Origin: the human T2T-CHM13v2.0 reference genome, Homo sapiens
Length of the DNA: 64,000 nt
NCBI RefSeq assembly: GCF_009914755.1
Contig: NC_060932.1
Reading direction: 5' to 3' (one strand)
Part shown: positions 41,400 to 58,794 of the stretch, in pieces
Layout: each line of letters starts with the position of its first letter
Numbering within the stretch: position 1 is the first letter of the stretch
The notes under the pieces: model-generated
The model's input: the letters and a program-made list of their open reading frames with translations, nothing else
The model's database searches: none
What the model was told of the DNA's origin: nothing
Made by a program: the position numbers and the translations under genes

Positions 41400-44050
41400 T
41401 TGCAGTTTTCCATTGGCATGAATCACAAGCATGGTAAGACACACCTAAGGAATCTCCTGTGCATACTCTTCCTGACCTCCAAGCTGGAGCAGCCCAATTT
41501 CCCTCTGGAAGTCAGTATCAATCACCCCAGTCAGAGGAGTAACTCATTTCTTTGCATGTTGATTCAGAGGCAATGGAGTCCAAAGTGGCTGGGAGTATCT
41601 CAACTTCCAATTCAATGAAATCATTGTTGGATCTCCTAATAGAAACATTCTTCACTGTGGAATGAAGACCTCTAAACCAGAAGAGAATAAGGTCGCAGGT
41701 ACAGGAAACAAAAGTTTTGCTAGTAAGTAGAGAGTAATACTGAGAGGCACTACCCTCATTTCCTAAACTCATGAATTCTGGTAATGGGAGAGACAGCACC
41801 ATATATTGAACATATACAGCTTCCTGGAGAACTTTGACTCAGCCCTGCAAGAAAATGCCACCTGGCTGATGCCATAACTGTTTTCAAAAGGCCATTGCAC
41901 TGCTCTATCAAGCCAACTTCAAGATGGTGGGAAAATGGTAAGACCAGCCCAGTGAAATTTATGAGCATGGACTCACTGCTTCACTTCATTTTCTGTGAGG
42001 TGAGTGCCTTGATCAGAAGAAATGGTGTATGGAATATGATGACAGTCAATAAGGCATTCTGTAAATCCACAAATGGCAATTTTAGCAAGAACGCTGTGTA
42101 TAGGGAAGGCAAATTCATATCCAAAATAAATGTCTATTTCAGTAAGCACAACATGCTGACCTTTCCATGATGTAAGTGTGGCCCAATACAATAAACCTGC
42201 CATCAGGTACCTGGCTTATCACTCTGGGGAATTATGCCATACTGGGCTCAGTGTTGGTCTATGCTGCTGACAAATTGGGCACTCAGCAGTGGCTGTAACC
42301 ATGTTGGCCTTGGTGAGTGGAAGTCCATGTTGCACCTGCATATTGTGCAGAACCATCTCTAACCCAAGTCAACTTTTCTCTTCCTCCAGTGAATTGTGGT
42401 TAGGAAACTCCCCATGAGACCATAGGTGTGGGCTAAGAGAAAGAAGGTAATGGAGCAAGAGTGGAAACCATAGATAATTGAAGTTCTTTCTCTTGTAAAC
42501 TATTTGTGCCTTAGGGTCTGCTTGAGCCCGATCACTTCCATTTGATGATGTGTAACCCTAATTTTATGGCTTGGTCTATTGGATGATACCCAGTTCATGA
42601 TGAACATCTCAGGTGACTTGGTGTCCCATGGTTAATCATTCTGTATCTACTAATAGCCAATAGCAGAAAAAGAGCTGTCTCTTAAAAGGGAGTTGTTATC
42701 CAGAGAAGAAAGCAGGGATTAGCTCCCAAATTCTGAGGACTTGTCCTGTGATTCACCTACAGGGACATGCCAAAGGCTCTAAACAGCATCCCTGTCTGCC
42801 ACTGCCACTTCACATGACAGATATTCTGCGTCATATGTTCCAAGTGGTAGAGCGGCTTGCACAGTAGCCTGGACCTGACGCAGAATCTTCTCCTGTTCTG
42901 GACCCCACTTGAAATCAGCAGCTTTTTGAGTCACTTCTCTAAAGAGGCCATAGTAGTCCACCCAAATGAGGAATATGTTGCCTCCAAAACTCAAATAGGC
43001 CTCCTAGGCATTGTCCCTCTTTTCTGGTCATAAGCAAGGCCAACTGCAACAACCTATTCTTTACCTTAGAAGGGTATCTCAACTGACATCACACCACTGG
43101 ACCCCCAGAAACTTTGCTGAGGTAGAAGGTCCTTGAATTTTTGTCAGATTTATTTCCCACTTTCTGACACACAAATGTCTTGTTAATAAGCCTAGAATAG
43201 TTCCTAATTCTCACTTACTAGGTCCAATTAACTTAATGCCATCACTGTAATGAGCCACTGTGGAATCTTGTGGAAAGGGGAAGTGATTCAAAATCCTTGT
43301 GAGCTATTGACATAGGGCTGAAGATTGATACATCTCTGAGGTAGGACAGTGAGGGTATATTGCTGTCCTGGCCAGCTGAAAGCAAACTGCTTCTGATGGG
43401 CCTTATGGACAGGAATGGAGAAAAAGGGATTTGGCAGGTCAATAGCTGCATGCCAGGTACCAAGGGATATGTTCATTTGCTCAAGCAATAAAACCACATC
43501 TGCTACAGAGCTTCAATTAGAGTCACCACCTGGCTAAGCTTGTGGTAATCCATTGTCAGTCTCCAAAATCCATCTGTCTTCTGCATAGGCCAAGTAGGTC
43601 AGTTGAATTGGGATATAGTGGGAATCACTTCTCCTGAAACTTTTGAGTCCTCGATGATAGTAATAAAGTCTACAATATCTCGAGGAAAGTGGTATTGTTC
43701 TTGGTTTGCTATTTTACTTGCAAAGGTAAGTTAAAGGTAGTTCTAATGGCATCCATTTGGCCTTTCCCATAGCAACAGCTCTCACTCCACATGTCAGAAA
43801 ACCAATGTGGTGATTCTGCTAGTTACTGAGCAAGTCAATTCTAATTACACACTCAGAACCAGGGGAAAAACATACAATGTGTTCACAGACTACCTTGGCC
43901 TTACCCTGAGATGGACTTGAGCTAAAACTCCGCTGGTTACTTCCACAGCCCCTCTTCTGATTGGTGGACCACAGTGGTGTTTTGTGTCTCCAGGAATTAG
44001 TGTCATTTCAGAACCAGTGTCTGGTAGTTGCTGAAAGATATGGTTTTTTC
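41400..44050 (-). pseudogene. ERVL pro-pol-dUTPase pseudogene (many stops and frameshifts)
   Basis: ORF-track fragments 41756-41968, 41973-42203, 42779-42994 and 43288-43497 are colinear pieces of ERVL pol. Confidence 0.85.
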
Positions 44051-44193
44051 CCTTCTTTAATTCATATTTAGTTCACATTTATTTGCCCTGGTAAAAGATT
44101 CTGCAATTCTTTGGGGGAGGCTGGGAGCAAGATTAACAACATACACCTGTGGTAGGGTATCAGCGTCCTTCTTTTGTGGCCCGACTTCCTTTC

Positions 44194-44582
44194 TTTATTA
44201 GTTCATTTGTATTGCTATAAAGGCATACCTCAAGCAGGCTAATTTATAAAGAAAAGGGGCTTACTTTGACTCATGGTTCTGCAGGCTGTGCAAGAAGCAT
44301 GACACCAGAGTCTACATATGCTGAGGTCCCAGGAAGCTTTTAGTCACAGCAGATGGAAGGGGAGCCAGCATGTCATGTGGTAAGAGAGGAAGCAAGAGAG
44401 AAAGAAGGGAGGTTCCAGACTCTTTTAAACAGCCAGGTCTGGCATGAACTTATTACTACAGGGAGGACACCAAGGCATTCATGAGTGATCTGCCTCCATA
44501 ACACAAACACTCTCCACCGGGCCCACCTTCCACACTAGGGATCCCATTTCAACATGAGATTTGGAGTGGACGAACATTCAAA
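44194..44582 (-). mobile_element. MSTB-like MaLR LTR nested in the ERVL provirus
   Basis: attagttcatttgtattgctataaag...ctcatggttctgcaggctgtgcaagaagcatg...atttcaacatgagatttgg. Candidate TSD ctttc/ccttc. Confidence 0.85.
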
Positions 44583-46571
44583 CCTTCATGCAAGGGGCTC
44601 TGGTTCTACAAACCATTTCAATTCTGGGAACTGAGTGAGAGTCTATGACTCTATTCTGGTGATTCATACTAGAATTTTCACTCAACCTAGAATTCATTTG
44701 CTTGTACTGATCAAATAAAAATTTAGTAGGCTTCCTGTCTATTTTGCTTCTAGGGACACATGATCAACTTGCCAACACCATAGGCCTCTCCAAGTTAAGC
44801 TACTCTGATTACTGCCTTGGCCCTGATTTCCATTCTCATAACCATGGCCTCTTTGTCTTTGCCACTTGGGCCCTGTCATCCCAGGATCCAATTACTGCCA
44901 TTGCATGTAAGGATTCCAGTTCAGTGGCAATAGTTCCTATGGTAATTTCTGCCCTACAGAGAAGAGTGCCCGAAGAGCTCTTTAACAGAGCCACCACACA
45001 AATTTCTTCCTCAGAGTCAAGTCGAAAGGTGCATTCTCTGGGCCCTCCCAGGGTCAGTGAGGGGCTCTTGTATGATAAATCCACTCTAACATTCCAGTAC
45101 TCTTAAGTCATCTGTTAACTTCCTCTGCAGTGTACCAAGGCGATCCTGGCATTTTAATGTAATTTATTATAAGTCATTTTTTTTTGGTCCATGTTTAAAC
45201 CCAAGTCAACTAAACAAACTGTCAGAATCCTTTCTAACACCCCAAATTTACATCCAGAATTTATGCTTAGTGGGGCAATATCAATCAATTTGACCTAGTC
45301 CAAATTTATGTGCCTTCCAACATTATCCAAAATCATGAGTATCCATTCCACACGTATTTCCCAGAAGTCTGTCTGTATAAATTGAAAAAATATGCAATGA
45401 TTTTGAAGTGGAACACACCTTTAATGGGTTAAACTTTGTATCTCACCTTTTTTCACCTGTTGCCACTTGAGTGTACTTATACCTATAAAAGAAAAGAGGG
45501 TTGGTGGGGTTGGATCCTCAGGAGAATCAGCATTGTTTTTAGGACAACCACCTCAGTGAAGGCTATCACTCTACCACCAAAGAAGACTCAGCAGAACTTA
45601 GGGGTTCACTGAGCTCAGCTTCATCACAGACTTCATATATGTCTTCCTTCCAATATTCAGGGTCCTGTTTTTCCCAATCAATGTCTGTGTTTAACAGAAG
45701 AAACTTTGCTAAGCTGGGGTTTAATTTGTAATGTAATTCAGTGACTAGCAGGATGAGACTCTGGGTTTAGTGTTCAGAAATCTCAGGCTCATGGCTATAG
45801 GAGATAAGGGTATAATCTAAGACAGGCATATGCATTTTCAGGTCATATATGCAGGGCATAGGCTAGTAATTTGAAATCCTAGGCTCACCCTTTTTCTCTC
45901 TACTTTCTATACCATGGTTAAGAGCAAACAACCAATCTTATTGCACTCATTATTTGACAGAACTGTTCTAAGTTATCAAATACTTGGTCACTGAGAACCT
46001 TGCCTTATCAATACTTGAGTAGTAGTATTCAGTGGTGATATTGTGTGTATCTCTATTGCCTCTTTGTGCCATGGACTACCAGTGTTCTTGTTAATACTGG
46101 AAATAGAGTCTTTACTGCCTTTAAATCTAATTAGATTACAGAATCAATTCCTGAAACCCCAAAACCAAGTCAAAAAACTCATTCTTAGAATTCTGTGCCT
46201 TTAAAACCACTGTTGGTACCCAAATCTATATCAGTCATGGTTCTACAGAGGAATGGAATCACTGTGTATATGACTAACATGACTGGGATTCAGCAAGTCT
46301 AAAATCTACATCAGCCCAGCAGGCTGGAAACTCTCATGCAGAAGCTGATGATGCAGTCTGGAGGCAGAATTTCTTCTACAGAGGAAACTCATGCTTGCTT
46401 CTGAGGCTGTTCAACTTATTTGATGAGACCCACCCACATTATTGAAAATAGTCTCCATTATTTAAAGTGAGTTGATTATATATATCATCTGCAAAGAAAC
46501 TTCACAGCACCACCTAGATTAGTGTTTGATTAAATGGCTGGGCTCTGTAGCAGCTAAAGCTCACCACCACA

Positions 46572-46850
46572 AATATCAAGCACTTATTTGACGCAGGAGT
46601 CTTCAATGTGATTGTGGCAGCTCTGTCCTGGGCAGGGATGTAAGGGTGGTTGGGATGAATCTTGCATTCTGTGGGTCATATAAGAAGTTTGGCTCTGTGT
46701 GTGTCACTTTAAGGCCAGGCCAACAGGGCAGCAGCTTCTTGGGGAAACTGTTCTCGTGCAATTGCAGAAGTGCTAGAGGGCACGGGAAGCATGTGAGGCC
46801 TGTAGAGAAACTAGCATATGGTCATTTCTCCCCACCCATAGCTGGAGTAG
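46572..46850 (-). mobile_element. Old MLT1 (H/I-like) LTR; its other part lies at ~40352-40416, split by the ERVL provirus
   Basis: aaatctcagtggcatacacaac (40416) continues as aatatcaagcacttattt (46572). Confidence 0.55.
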
Positions 46851-47104
46851 ACATAAGTAATTTTGATAATAAGTGCAGTCTATATGAATGAACGTAAAAT
46901 AAACTATGCTGTAGTGGATACAGTTGTTTCCCACAGGCCTGTGGGTTAGCATTTCTTATGGCTATACATGTATACTGGGATTGCACAACTGAGCACATGA
47001 ATGATTGGTTATTGGAAACTATGTTTCTCACTGTCAGAGACTTATCCAGTGGAAATACTTAATCGATTGTATGACATGTTCAGTTTCTACTAAAAATGAA
47101 CAAT

Positions 47105-50365
<3,261 letters not shown>

Positions 50366-51892
50366 AAACAACTGATATTATCACCTAATGTTTTGATGAA
50401 AAAGAATAGAAGATTAGAATTGAAAAAAGGAAGATGTGCTAAAAATGGTAGAAAGTATAGATATAGCACCTGCTCAAATGTGCCATGTTATGAAATAATT
50501 AAAATTTTAAGATGTATGCATTAAAATTAAATTCAGCATATGAAACAAATATGAGGTTATATTTAGATGGTTCAGTATCCTCATGTCTATTTCTCTGGTT
50601 GCTTTTTAGTAGCAAGAAATTGATTCCAGACATCTCTTGTTTTTATATAATCAATACATATCAAAATTTTCCTTCTTTTGTAGTAAAAGAATAACTTTAC
50701 ATCACAGTTAGAGACAAGAAGATATTTACAGGTTCTTCAAATAAAATGTTTAAGAGCAATTTTGAAAAATAATTAAGTTAGTAATAAAAATTTCATTAAT
50801 ATTAATGAGGCTCACAATCCACAAGATTTATCTAGGGGAAATATTTAATAGATTATATGATGCATTTGGTTACTACTGATGATGGCTAATCTCTTTCTTT
50901 CAAAGTCAATAGTAATAATCTATCAGTTCAGTGACAGCATGGTGATACCTCCTACTCTGTTTTGCCACACTTACCTGATAAAGCATTAATTAATCTTGTA
51001 TAATTAAAAAGAAATGCCAAAGAAAGATATAATAGTTTACTCTTCCAAAGGCTGAGATGAGTAATTTTGAGGAGTACAAAGTCTTCTATTTTGGAATTAA
51101 TCATTCATCTTACTTTGACGTCTCATTTACTTATCCATTATATTTTGGCTCTGCATTGCTTTGTTTTATAGTGTCTGGGTGTCAACTTTCCGTGACATAT
51201 CTTAGTTTGGTTAGGTGTATCACGTAATGAAAACAAAACACTCCAGAATAATTTTACAAAAACATCTATATGTATTTAAATCTACATTCATCATTTAGGT
51301 ATTATAGTGACCATAGATGAATCTATTTTAGATATTTTATACATTGATTTTTCTTAATATTATTCACTCTGACAAATAGCTTGCTTCCTTACATCATATT
51401 GTGAATAAAATTTTAAGTTCCAGAGAGAATTATTCATGCATGTAGCTTTTTAATTAAAAAGAGAGAGATTAGTCAATCTTTTTTCATGAGGTAACCATAT
51501 GAAAGGCAACCTTTAATTGCTCTTTTTGAAGTTTCTTTCTCAATTGCAAACTCAGGTTTCACAATGCATGTTGGGAATGAGCGAGAAGAGGTTGATCTGA
51601 TGATACATGGAGTCTGAATGCCTGCTGGCGGGGTGGAAAGGTGCCTGGAAATGCACACTCAATCACACTGAATGATGGCAGGATATTTATACTTCCTAAA
51701 AGCTGGGGATTAAGACTTTTTTCATCTGTTCATTTTCCTCTCTTCAGTATACCCTGGAGCTCTTGTTCCTTACAAGTGGTTGTAAACACAGTTTTCCCAC
51801 AAGTTCTGCTTCACGATTTCCTCCGCTATATTAGTGTTCTCTCTTACATGCCATGCTGTGCCTAATGGCTTACCATTTCTGTGTCTTTTCAG

Positions 51893-51919
51893 ACGACATC
51901 CTTTGTGGTGCCACAGCAC
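51893..51919 (+). other. SNTG1: 5'UTR part of the SNTG1 start-codon exon
   Basis: Lies between the splice acceptor (51892) and the ATG (51920). An acceptor implies upstream non-coding exon(s), which I could not identify in this window. Confidence 0.85.
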
Positions 51920-51946
51920 ATGGATTTCAGAACCGCCTGTGAGGAG
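51920..51946 (+). CDS. SNTG1: Gamma-1-syntrophin, first coding segment (MDFRTACEE), in exon 51893-51946 (27 nt 5'UTR + 27 nt CDS)
   Basis: Acceptor tttctgtgtcttttcAG ends at 51892, with a branch-like ctaat at 51862. ATG is at 51920 and the donor GAG|gtgagt at 51947. The peptide matches the recalled N-terminus of gamma-1-syntrophin and joins in phase 0 to the next exon. Confidence 0.95.
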
Positions 51947-52249
51947 GTGAGTACAGAGCTTTCTGCTTTTCAAACAGGGAAAACAGAATATAAGCGGGAA
52001 ACACTTGGCTCCAATTTATATAGGGAAATTCTGCTTTTGGCAGAAAATGGAGAGAGGAGGATGGGCTCTTTTTCCTTCCAGATTACGTTCTCCTTCTGCA
52101 AAGATAGAAAACCTAACTGTGCATGGAAAGCCTTGGACTTTAACTCTTTCTTTAGGAAGACTGGAGCATATTGAATATAATTGAGTTGCTCCTCTTCACC
52201 AACTCTGCACATTTCAGGTAGTGGAAGTGTTGGAAAGAATTCTTTTCAC

Positions 52250-52320
52250 ATAAATGGTAATAAATTAGAAGACATCTAAGGTTCCTTTCAGCCCTAAAAT
52301 TCTATGATTTTATGATTCTG
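52250..52320 (+). mobile_element. MIR3/MIR 3' tail
   Basis: tctaaggttcctttcagccctaaaattctatgattttatgattct. Confidence 0.65.
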
Positions 52321-53179
52321 ATAGTATTTAAGTAATTCAATATTATTTAAGTATTAATACACAAGAATTTAGATTCTCTGTAGAGCTGTCATCACATTTC
52401 AGCACGAGTTAAAGTGGCACATTAGTATTTCAAGGATGATAAACAGTGTTCAAGTTTACAGTTCAATAGTGCATGGATGTGGGCCCCCAGGGAATACAAC
52501 CATTCCATCTTAGGAAGAAAAACTATCTTTTTTTTTTTTTTTTACTAAATATGTAACATTCAAAGTATTGTGTTTTCATTCTTCAGGCAAAATACAAATA
52601 CATGCAGCTTAAAAATGTTTTATATTTGTTTAAAAGGTTTAAAGCATTTTTTTATTGTATATAAACAACTCAACAAAAACCAACCATAACTGCTTACCTC
52701 TGGTAGTGTTAAAATCAAACTAGGGAAAGACTTCAGTTCTTAACCTTGTGAAGACTGTTACTTTAGTGAAATGTCATGTGTTTACAGTTCTTGCATGAAT
52801 TTGTGGAAAGTAACTCCTTATTTTCTTCTAAAGCAATTGAAAAAATATATATTTAAAAATACTTGTCACTGTTGGTACGAAGTTCAGAATGTAAATATAA
52901 GGTTTTTCAGAAAACTAATAAATTGCTTTTATATTTCTATTCTTATGTTTCTACTTTTAATGCTTTAAGCATAACATTTTAAACATATCTCTATGCTAAT
53001 ACTCATCAAATTACAAGGCAGTTTTTTTGTTTACAAACCTTTCTCGTGCTACACTGAATACTATAAGGTCAGAGTGTGTACATTATTCATCTTTTTAACT
53101 TAGCACTTATTGGTTCATATATTTTTAAAAACTGAATTAATGTTCTAGAAGCTTTGTATTTTAAATTTTAATTGTCTAA

Positions 53180-53492
<313 letters not shown>

Positions 53493-56326
53493 CATTTCTG
53501 GTTTTAATTGCATACTTAATTTTAAAAGTAGCAAGTCTTCTATTTCCATTAATGTGCAACCTTATGTCTTGAGTAGTAAGGCATTCATTGAAACCCAGTG
53601 GATATTTGTGTGAATGAGATACTTATGGGACACATGACATTCATATGGTACAGATTGGACAGTGGCCAAATACTATTTAACAAATGGTTTATTTTGGATT
53701 TCAGAGGCTGGAAAGATTTACAAGAGCTTTTTGTAAACAAAATTGTTTTGATGTACTAATTTGGGATATTTCTCAAATTCTATTAAGATACAGAAGATTT
53801 ATTTAATTAGTAATACTGTTATTACCATACTAGCTCTTGTAAATTAGTAATCCTTAGTACTGAAAAGAGTGACAACCTGTTACTGAGATAACAATATAGA
53901 AGAGGAAATTAAATCACTCATGTGAGATATAGCTAAATATTGCTGAAGTCACTATATGTGATGCCAAAAGACAATAGTGATCAATTTTGGGGTAAATATT
54001 TACTTAATGGAATCCAAGTGTTCAGGAAAGTGAGGACTCATCTTTGAATAGAATGATTTCAGAAGGCTTCAAAGAGAAGGGAGTCTGGTGCCAGGACTCG
54101 AATAATGGCTAGAATTTAGTTAAGGAAAAGGCCATGATCAAAAGTAATCCAGGAATGGGAACGTAAATGATAAGATGCAGTTTGAAGCACTTTGCATAAA
54201 AGAACATTTAGTACACTACTGCTACAATGCAGTACAGTATAAGACAAAACAAATTAAATCGTATTTGGCACTTGAAACATGGAAATACTGTGGATACTTG
54301 CAAGAAAATTTGCAGTCCATTTTATTATCTCTGCCTACTTTTTGTAGTTTGTCATTTCTTATATCTGATATTGTGAGTATATTTCAAAATTAATAGACCT
54401 TAAATTTTAAAGTTTCATGAAAATACATTTTGTACATTTTGAAAGACTAGAATATAAATTAAAAAGGCCTTAACTTTTAAGTAGAAAATGGATGATATTC
54501 TACTTTTATAAAGATCCAACCTAGGTCCTATGTTTAAGAAACTACAAATTCTTAATAAGTTTAAATGTGAGAGAAGTTAAATGTGAGATTTGTTTAAAGA
54601 GTAAACCCATGCAAATTCATAAACATTTTCTTGATTTGCAGAAAGCATAGCTAATTAATAATTTAAATATGTTGCCTTTTAGGCAATTAGGAAGTATTGC
54701 TTTTCAATAATTCCTTTAAGCAAATAGTCTCCAATGTGGATTTTGTAAAAAGTTCCATCTAGAATCGTCCATCAGTCAGAGAAGAAGAATATTTTACTTA
54801 TATCATTTTTAAATGAATCATCCCTTTAAAATTATGTTTGGTGTATATTTTATAAAGTACAAAATACATTCATACAGTATCTATATCACATGCATTCCTT
54901 TATTTATGTGCAATGGTATGCAAAGTCAACGAAGTTTGGAGACAAATGATGTTACATTAATAAAAAGAAAGAAGAAGATTCATGTCTTTAGTTTATATTA
55001 AAATTTGAGACCAATAATTATGTAGGTGATTTTCGATATCTAAACAATTTGGGTCCACAGATCTGTAAAGACTTTGCAGGTGGGGCTGTTTTAGGTTTGC
55101 AGCACCAACCTGCAGCTGCTCCCATGATTCGGTCTCTCATTTTTAGCTCTTAAAGCACTTCAGGAAGGAGTGGAGATCAAACTTCTTCCTCTATCAGACA
55201 GTCTCCTAGTAGCGTGGCTTTGGGGAAGATCATCCTGTAAGTTCCAGAGTAGTCTCTTACTCGTTTTTTCTCTCTAGTGGTCATTGCTTCAATACACGAA
55301 GAATAGCTGCTTCAAGATTATGTTGTTCTTTTCAAAATTATCCACACCCCATTAGGAGATTATTGATAACCATAATGCTCTCCAGTGAAAGATGCCAATA
55401 GCCATGTCATTGTATACAGGACAACTGGGGGTGGCATTCTTAAATAATCTGTGTATGCGGGATAGCAGAGTGTGTGGTGAAGAGCCTAGCTGCTTGTGTT
55501 GAATTCTAGCCTTTTCTTCCTCTAGGTCCCTCTGCACTTGTCTAATCTGTAAAGGCAGATGGTTGCGTTAATTTTTGTTAAGGGAGAAAAATAAATTAAT
55601 ACTTCTTGTCACACAGTGAGCACTATATAAATAATTATTATTAAACAACAAATAAATGAAATATATGACCACATTTCATGAGTGAGGATCTCAGTCCAGC
55701 AATGCTGATTCTAATCAAGACAGTGCCCTGAAATGGAGTTTATCCTTCTTCTTGCATCTCTCAGAGGAGCTCTGAATCTAATGCACCTGTTTATTAGTTC
55801 CCAACTTCCCTGCTCAGTGCCTGTTTCTGTCAACAATAAGTGTATTTTAACTTTCCCATTTATTCTCCATCTTCTACTCTGCTACAAGAAATACATTTAG
55901 AACACATAACAGTGAACATATTATCTCCTTGCTCACATTTATGTATGGCGTCTCCCTTACCGTCCACCATCTGCCCATCATACAGGGCGTTAGCACGCCT
56001 GGTCCTCTCCAGACATCTCTCCTGCAGCGGCCCCTGCTGGACCACACAGGCTCAGCGGCGAGCGCACCTTCATTTTCTTGCATCATCACGTGGCATGCAT
56101 TTTCACACTTCCATATCTTTACTCATGTGTTCCCTCTTGATTAAAATGACATTTGTTCCTCTAATGATTGTTTCCTCAATTAATTTTTTTCAAGACAAAC
56201 CACACATATTTCCTATCCTCCATAAACTCCCTTCCCTCATGAATATTAAATTCCCTTCCCCATGTTGCTCCCATATCAGATGTCATATTGTGTTTTATTA
56301 CATATGTACTTTCGAAGTAAATACGA

Positions 56327-56646
<320 letters not shown>

Positions 56647-57914
56647 TTACGAATACTATGAGGCCAGGGAATGTTATCTAATTAATGTCTGATTCTCTGT
56701 TAATGCTGCACAGTATTTGCAAAATTAATAAATGTGTGGGATTTTAAATGTATTTCCATGTGCACCAGCTGAATTTTCATGGTAGAACATGTGTAATATC
56801 TGTAACCTCTGGAAATGTATTTTAACTGATCTGTTTTAGCACTTCGTGTACTGTTTTCTCCAGCAGCTATTTATTGGAATGTGTGTTTGTGAGTGTGTGT
56901 GTGTGTGTGCTTCTGTGATTTATTCTAAAAAAAAATCCTTCTCATTCTTTATTTTCTGCAACTCTTGTCCTTTCAGAACCCAAAAGCGAGCTCAAAGACT
57001 GTATTCTGTTTTCCAGACAACTATCTAATAATTTGTGAACATTTTACATAGTATTTAAGTGAATGATAGCTTTGGCCATATAGAAATTAAATGAGAACAC
57101 CCTGATAGCTTTGTTTTAGCTCCTCAAACTTTCCCTGGATGATCTTTAGTATCTCTTTGATGTGCACCAAAAGTATATCTCTGGGCTTTCAGGGAAAACC
57201 CTTCTAACATCCTGAAGTTCAAACAGAGCATTATTTGTGATTATCAGCTATTCCATTACACTTCTGGGTGAAAAAATGTCCTGGAATATACTGTACTGAA
57301 AAATCAGGAAATGTGCTCATTTATGATCACTTGGCTTTGATGTATCATTTCATATTTCCACTCCTCAGAGTGGCTTCCCCCCCTCAAAAAGGATGCATGT
57401 CGGCCCCTCTCCAATATCCTATTGTAAGCATGAGTGACTTTGTGTAAAAAACATAGAAAAAATATGTTCTATATTAGGGAAAGTACAATCTGCTTGTGCT
57501 GAAAGATTTTTGTCCTCTAGATATATTCACTTAAAGTATTCTCTAGATTAGTCAGCCTGGTTTCATGAGCACTTGTGTGCTAATGCCATGGATGAAGAAA
57601 AATTGCTTTCCTTCCTCATGAAAAAGCTTCTGTTTTTCCTAAAAAAGACATCATACCTTTTACAAAATAATTCTAGAATAATATAAGAGTGTATATGATA
57701 GAGGGCAAAAGAGTGTGCATCAGCACACGAGAACAAAAGCAGTTTAGAGAAAGAGTTATCTTTGGAGGCTGCAGTATATAAATATATTCCCATCAATATT
57801 ACAGCGGATTCTTTTAAAGTAGCAGACTCCCAGCAATAGCCATGGAAATGTATATTCCAAGAGAAAGTCTGGTATTATTTGCCTGGGATAGCATGCTCCT
57901 TAAATCTAAGGATA

Positions 57915-58794
57915 GATTTCACATGTAAGTGATATAATATGATATTTGTCTTTCTATGCCTGGCAATTTTTACTTTGCAAAGTATCCTCCATCCTTATCT
58001 ATGTTGTTGCAAGTTAAATAATTTTATTCCTTTTTTATGGCTGAATAGTGTTCCACTGTGTATAAGTACCATATTTTCCTTATCCATTCATGTGTTGATG
58101 GGCATTTAGGTTGATTTCATATCTTGGCTGTTGTGAATAGTGCTACAATAAACATGGGAGTGCAGATGTCCCTTTGACATACTCATTTCATTTCCTTTGG
58201 ATATATACCTAGTAATGGAATTGCTGGATCAGTTTTTAATTTTTTAAGGAATCTTCATACTGTTTTCTTTAAGGGATATACTAATTTACATTTCCACTAA
58301 CAGTGTGTAAGGGTTCACTTTTCTCCACATCTTCACCAGCATTTGTTATTTTTTGTCTTTTTGTTAGTCACCATTCTAACTTGGGTGAGGTGGTATTACA
58401 TTGTGGTTTTGAATTGCATTTTCCTTATAGTAAGTGATGTTGGAGTTGAGAGTAGAATAGTGGTTACCACACACTGGGGTGCATGGAAGGGTCAGAATTG
58501 GGAGATGTTGGAGAACAGGTACAATGTTACAGTCAGATGGGAGGAATAAGCTCTGTTACTCTAGTGCACGGTAGGATGATCACAGCTAACAGTAATGCAT
58601 TATATGTCACAAATAGCTGGAAGAGAGGGTTTTGAATGTTCTCACAACACATATATTATTAGTGTTTAAAGTGATGTATATGCTAATTATCATGATTTGA
58701 TAATTACACAATATATACATACATCAAAACCTCACATTGTTTGCCATGAATACTTACTATGTGCTAAATTTTTAATTTGAAATTAATTAATTAA
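57915..58794 (+). mobile_element. L1MA 3' fragment with 5' inversion (57915-58442 inverted; 58443-58794 sense)
   Basis: The antisense L1 segment abuts the sense gagagtagaatagtggttacca 3'UTR. Degenerate 15-bp TSD ttaaatctaaggata / ttaactctgaggata. Confidence 0.8.

Larger units (their letters stand above)
40417..46571 (-). mobile_element. Near full-length degenerate ERVL provirus: MLT2D-like LTRs (5' 46227-46571; 3' 40417-40826), PBS, gag, pro, pol, dUTPase
   Basis: PBS gatttgggtaccaacagtggt (reverse strand, 46206-46226). Protease LPDTGSEMTLIPG at ~43985-44030. RT WHAAIDLPNPFFSIP. Integrase TISSDQGTHLT and GLIEQCNGLLKT. dUTPase GVIDTDFQREIG at ~41500. Confidence 0.9.

Noticed and set aside
51881-52174. 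97-aa ORF containing MDFRTACEE as a single-exon gene
   Set aside because: It reads through the strong gtgagt donor into intron; the real CDS splices at 51946
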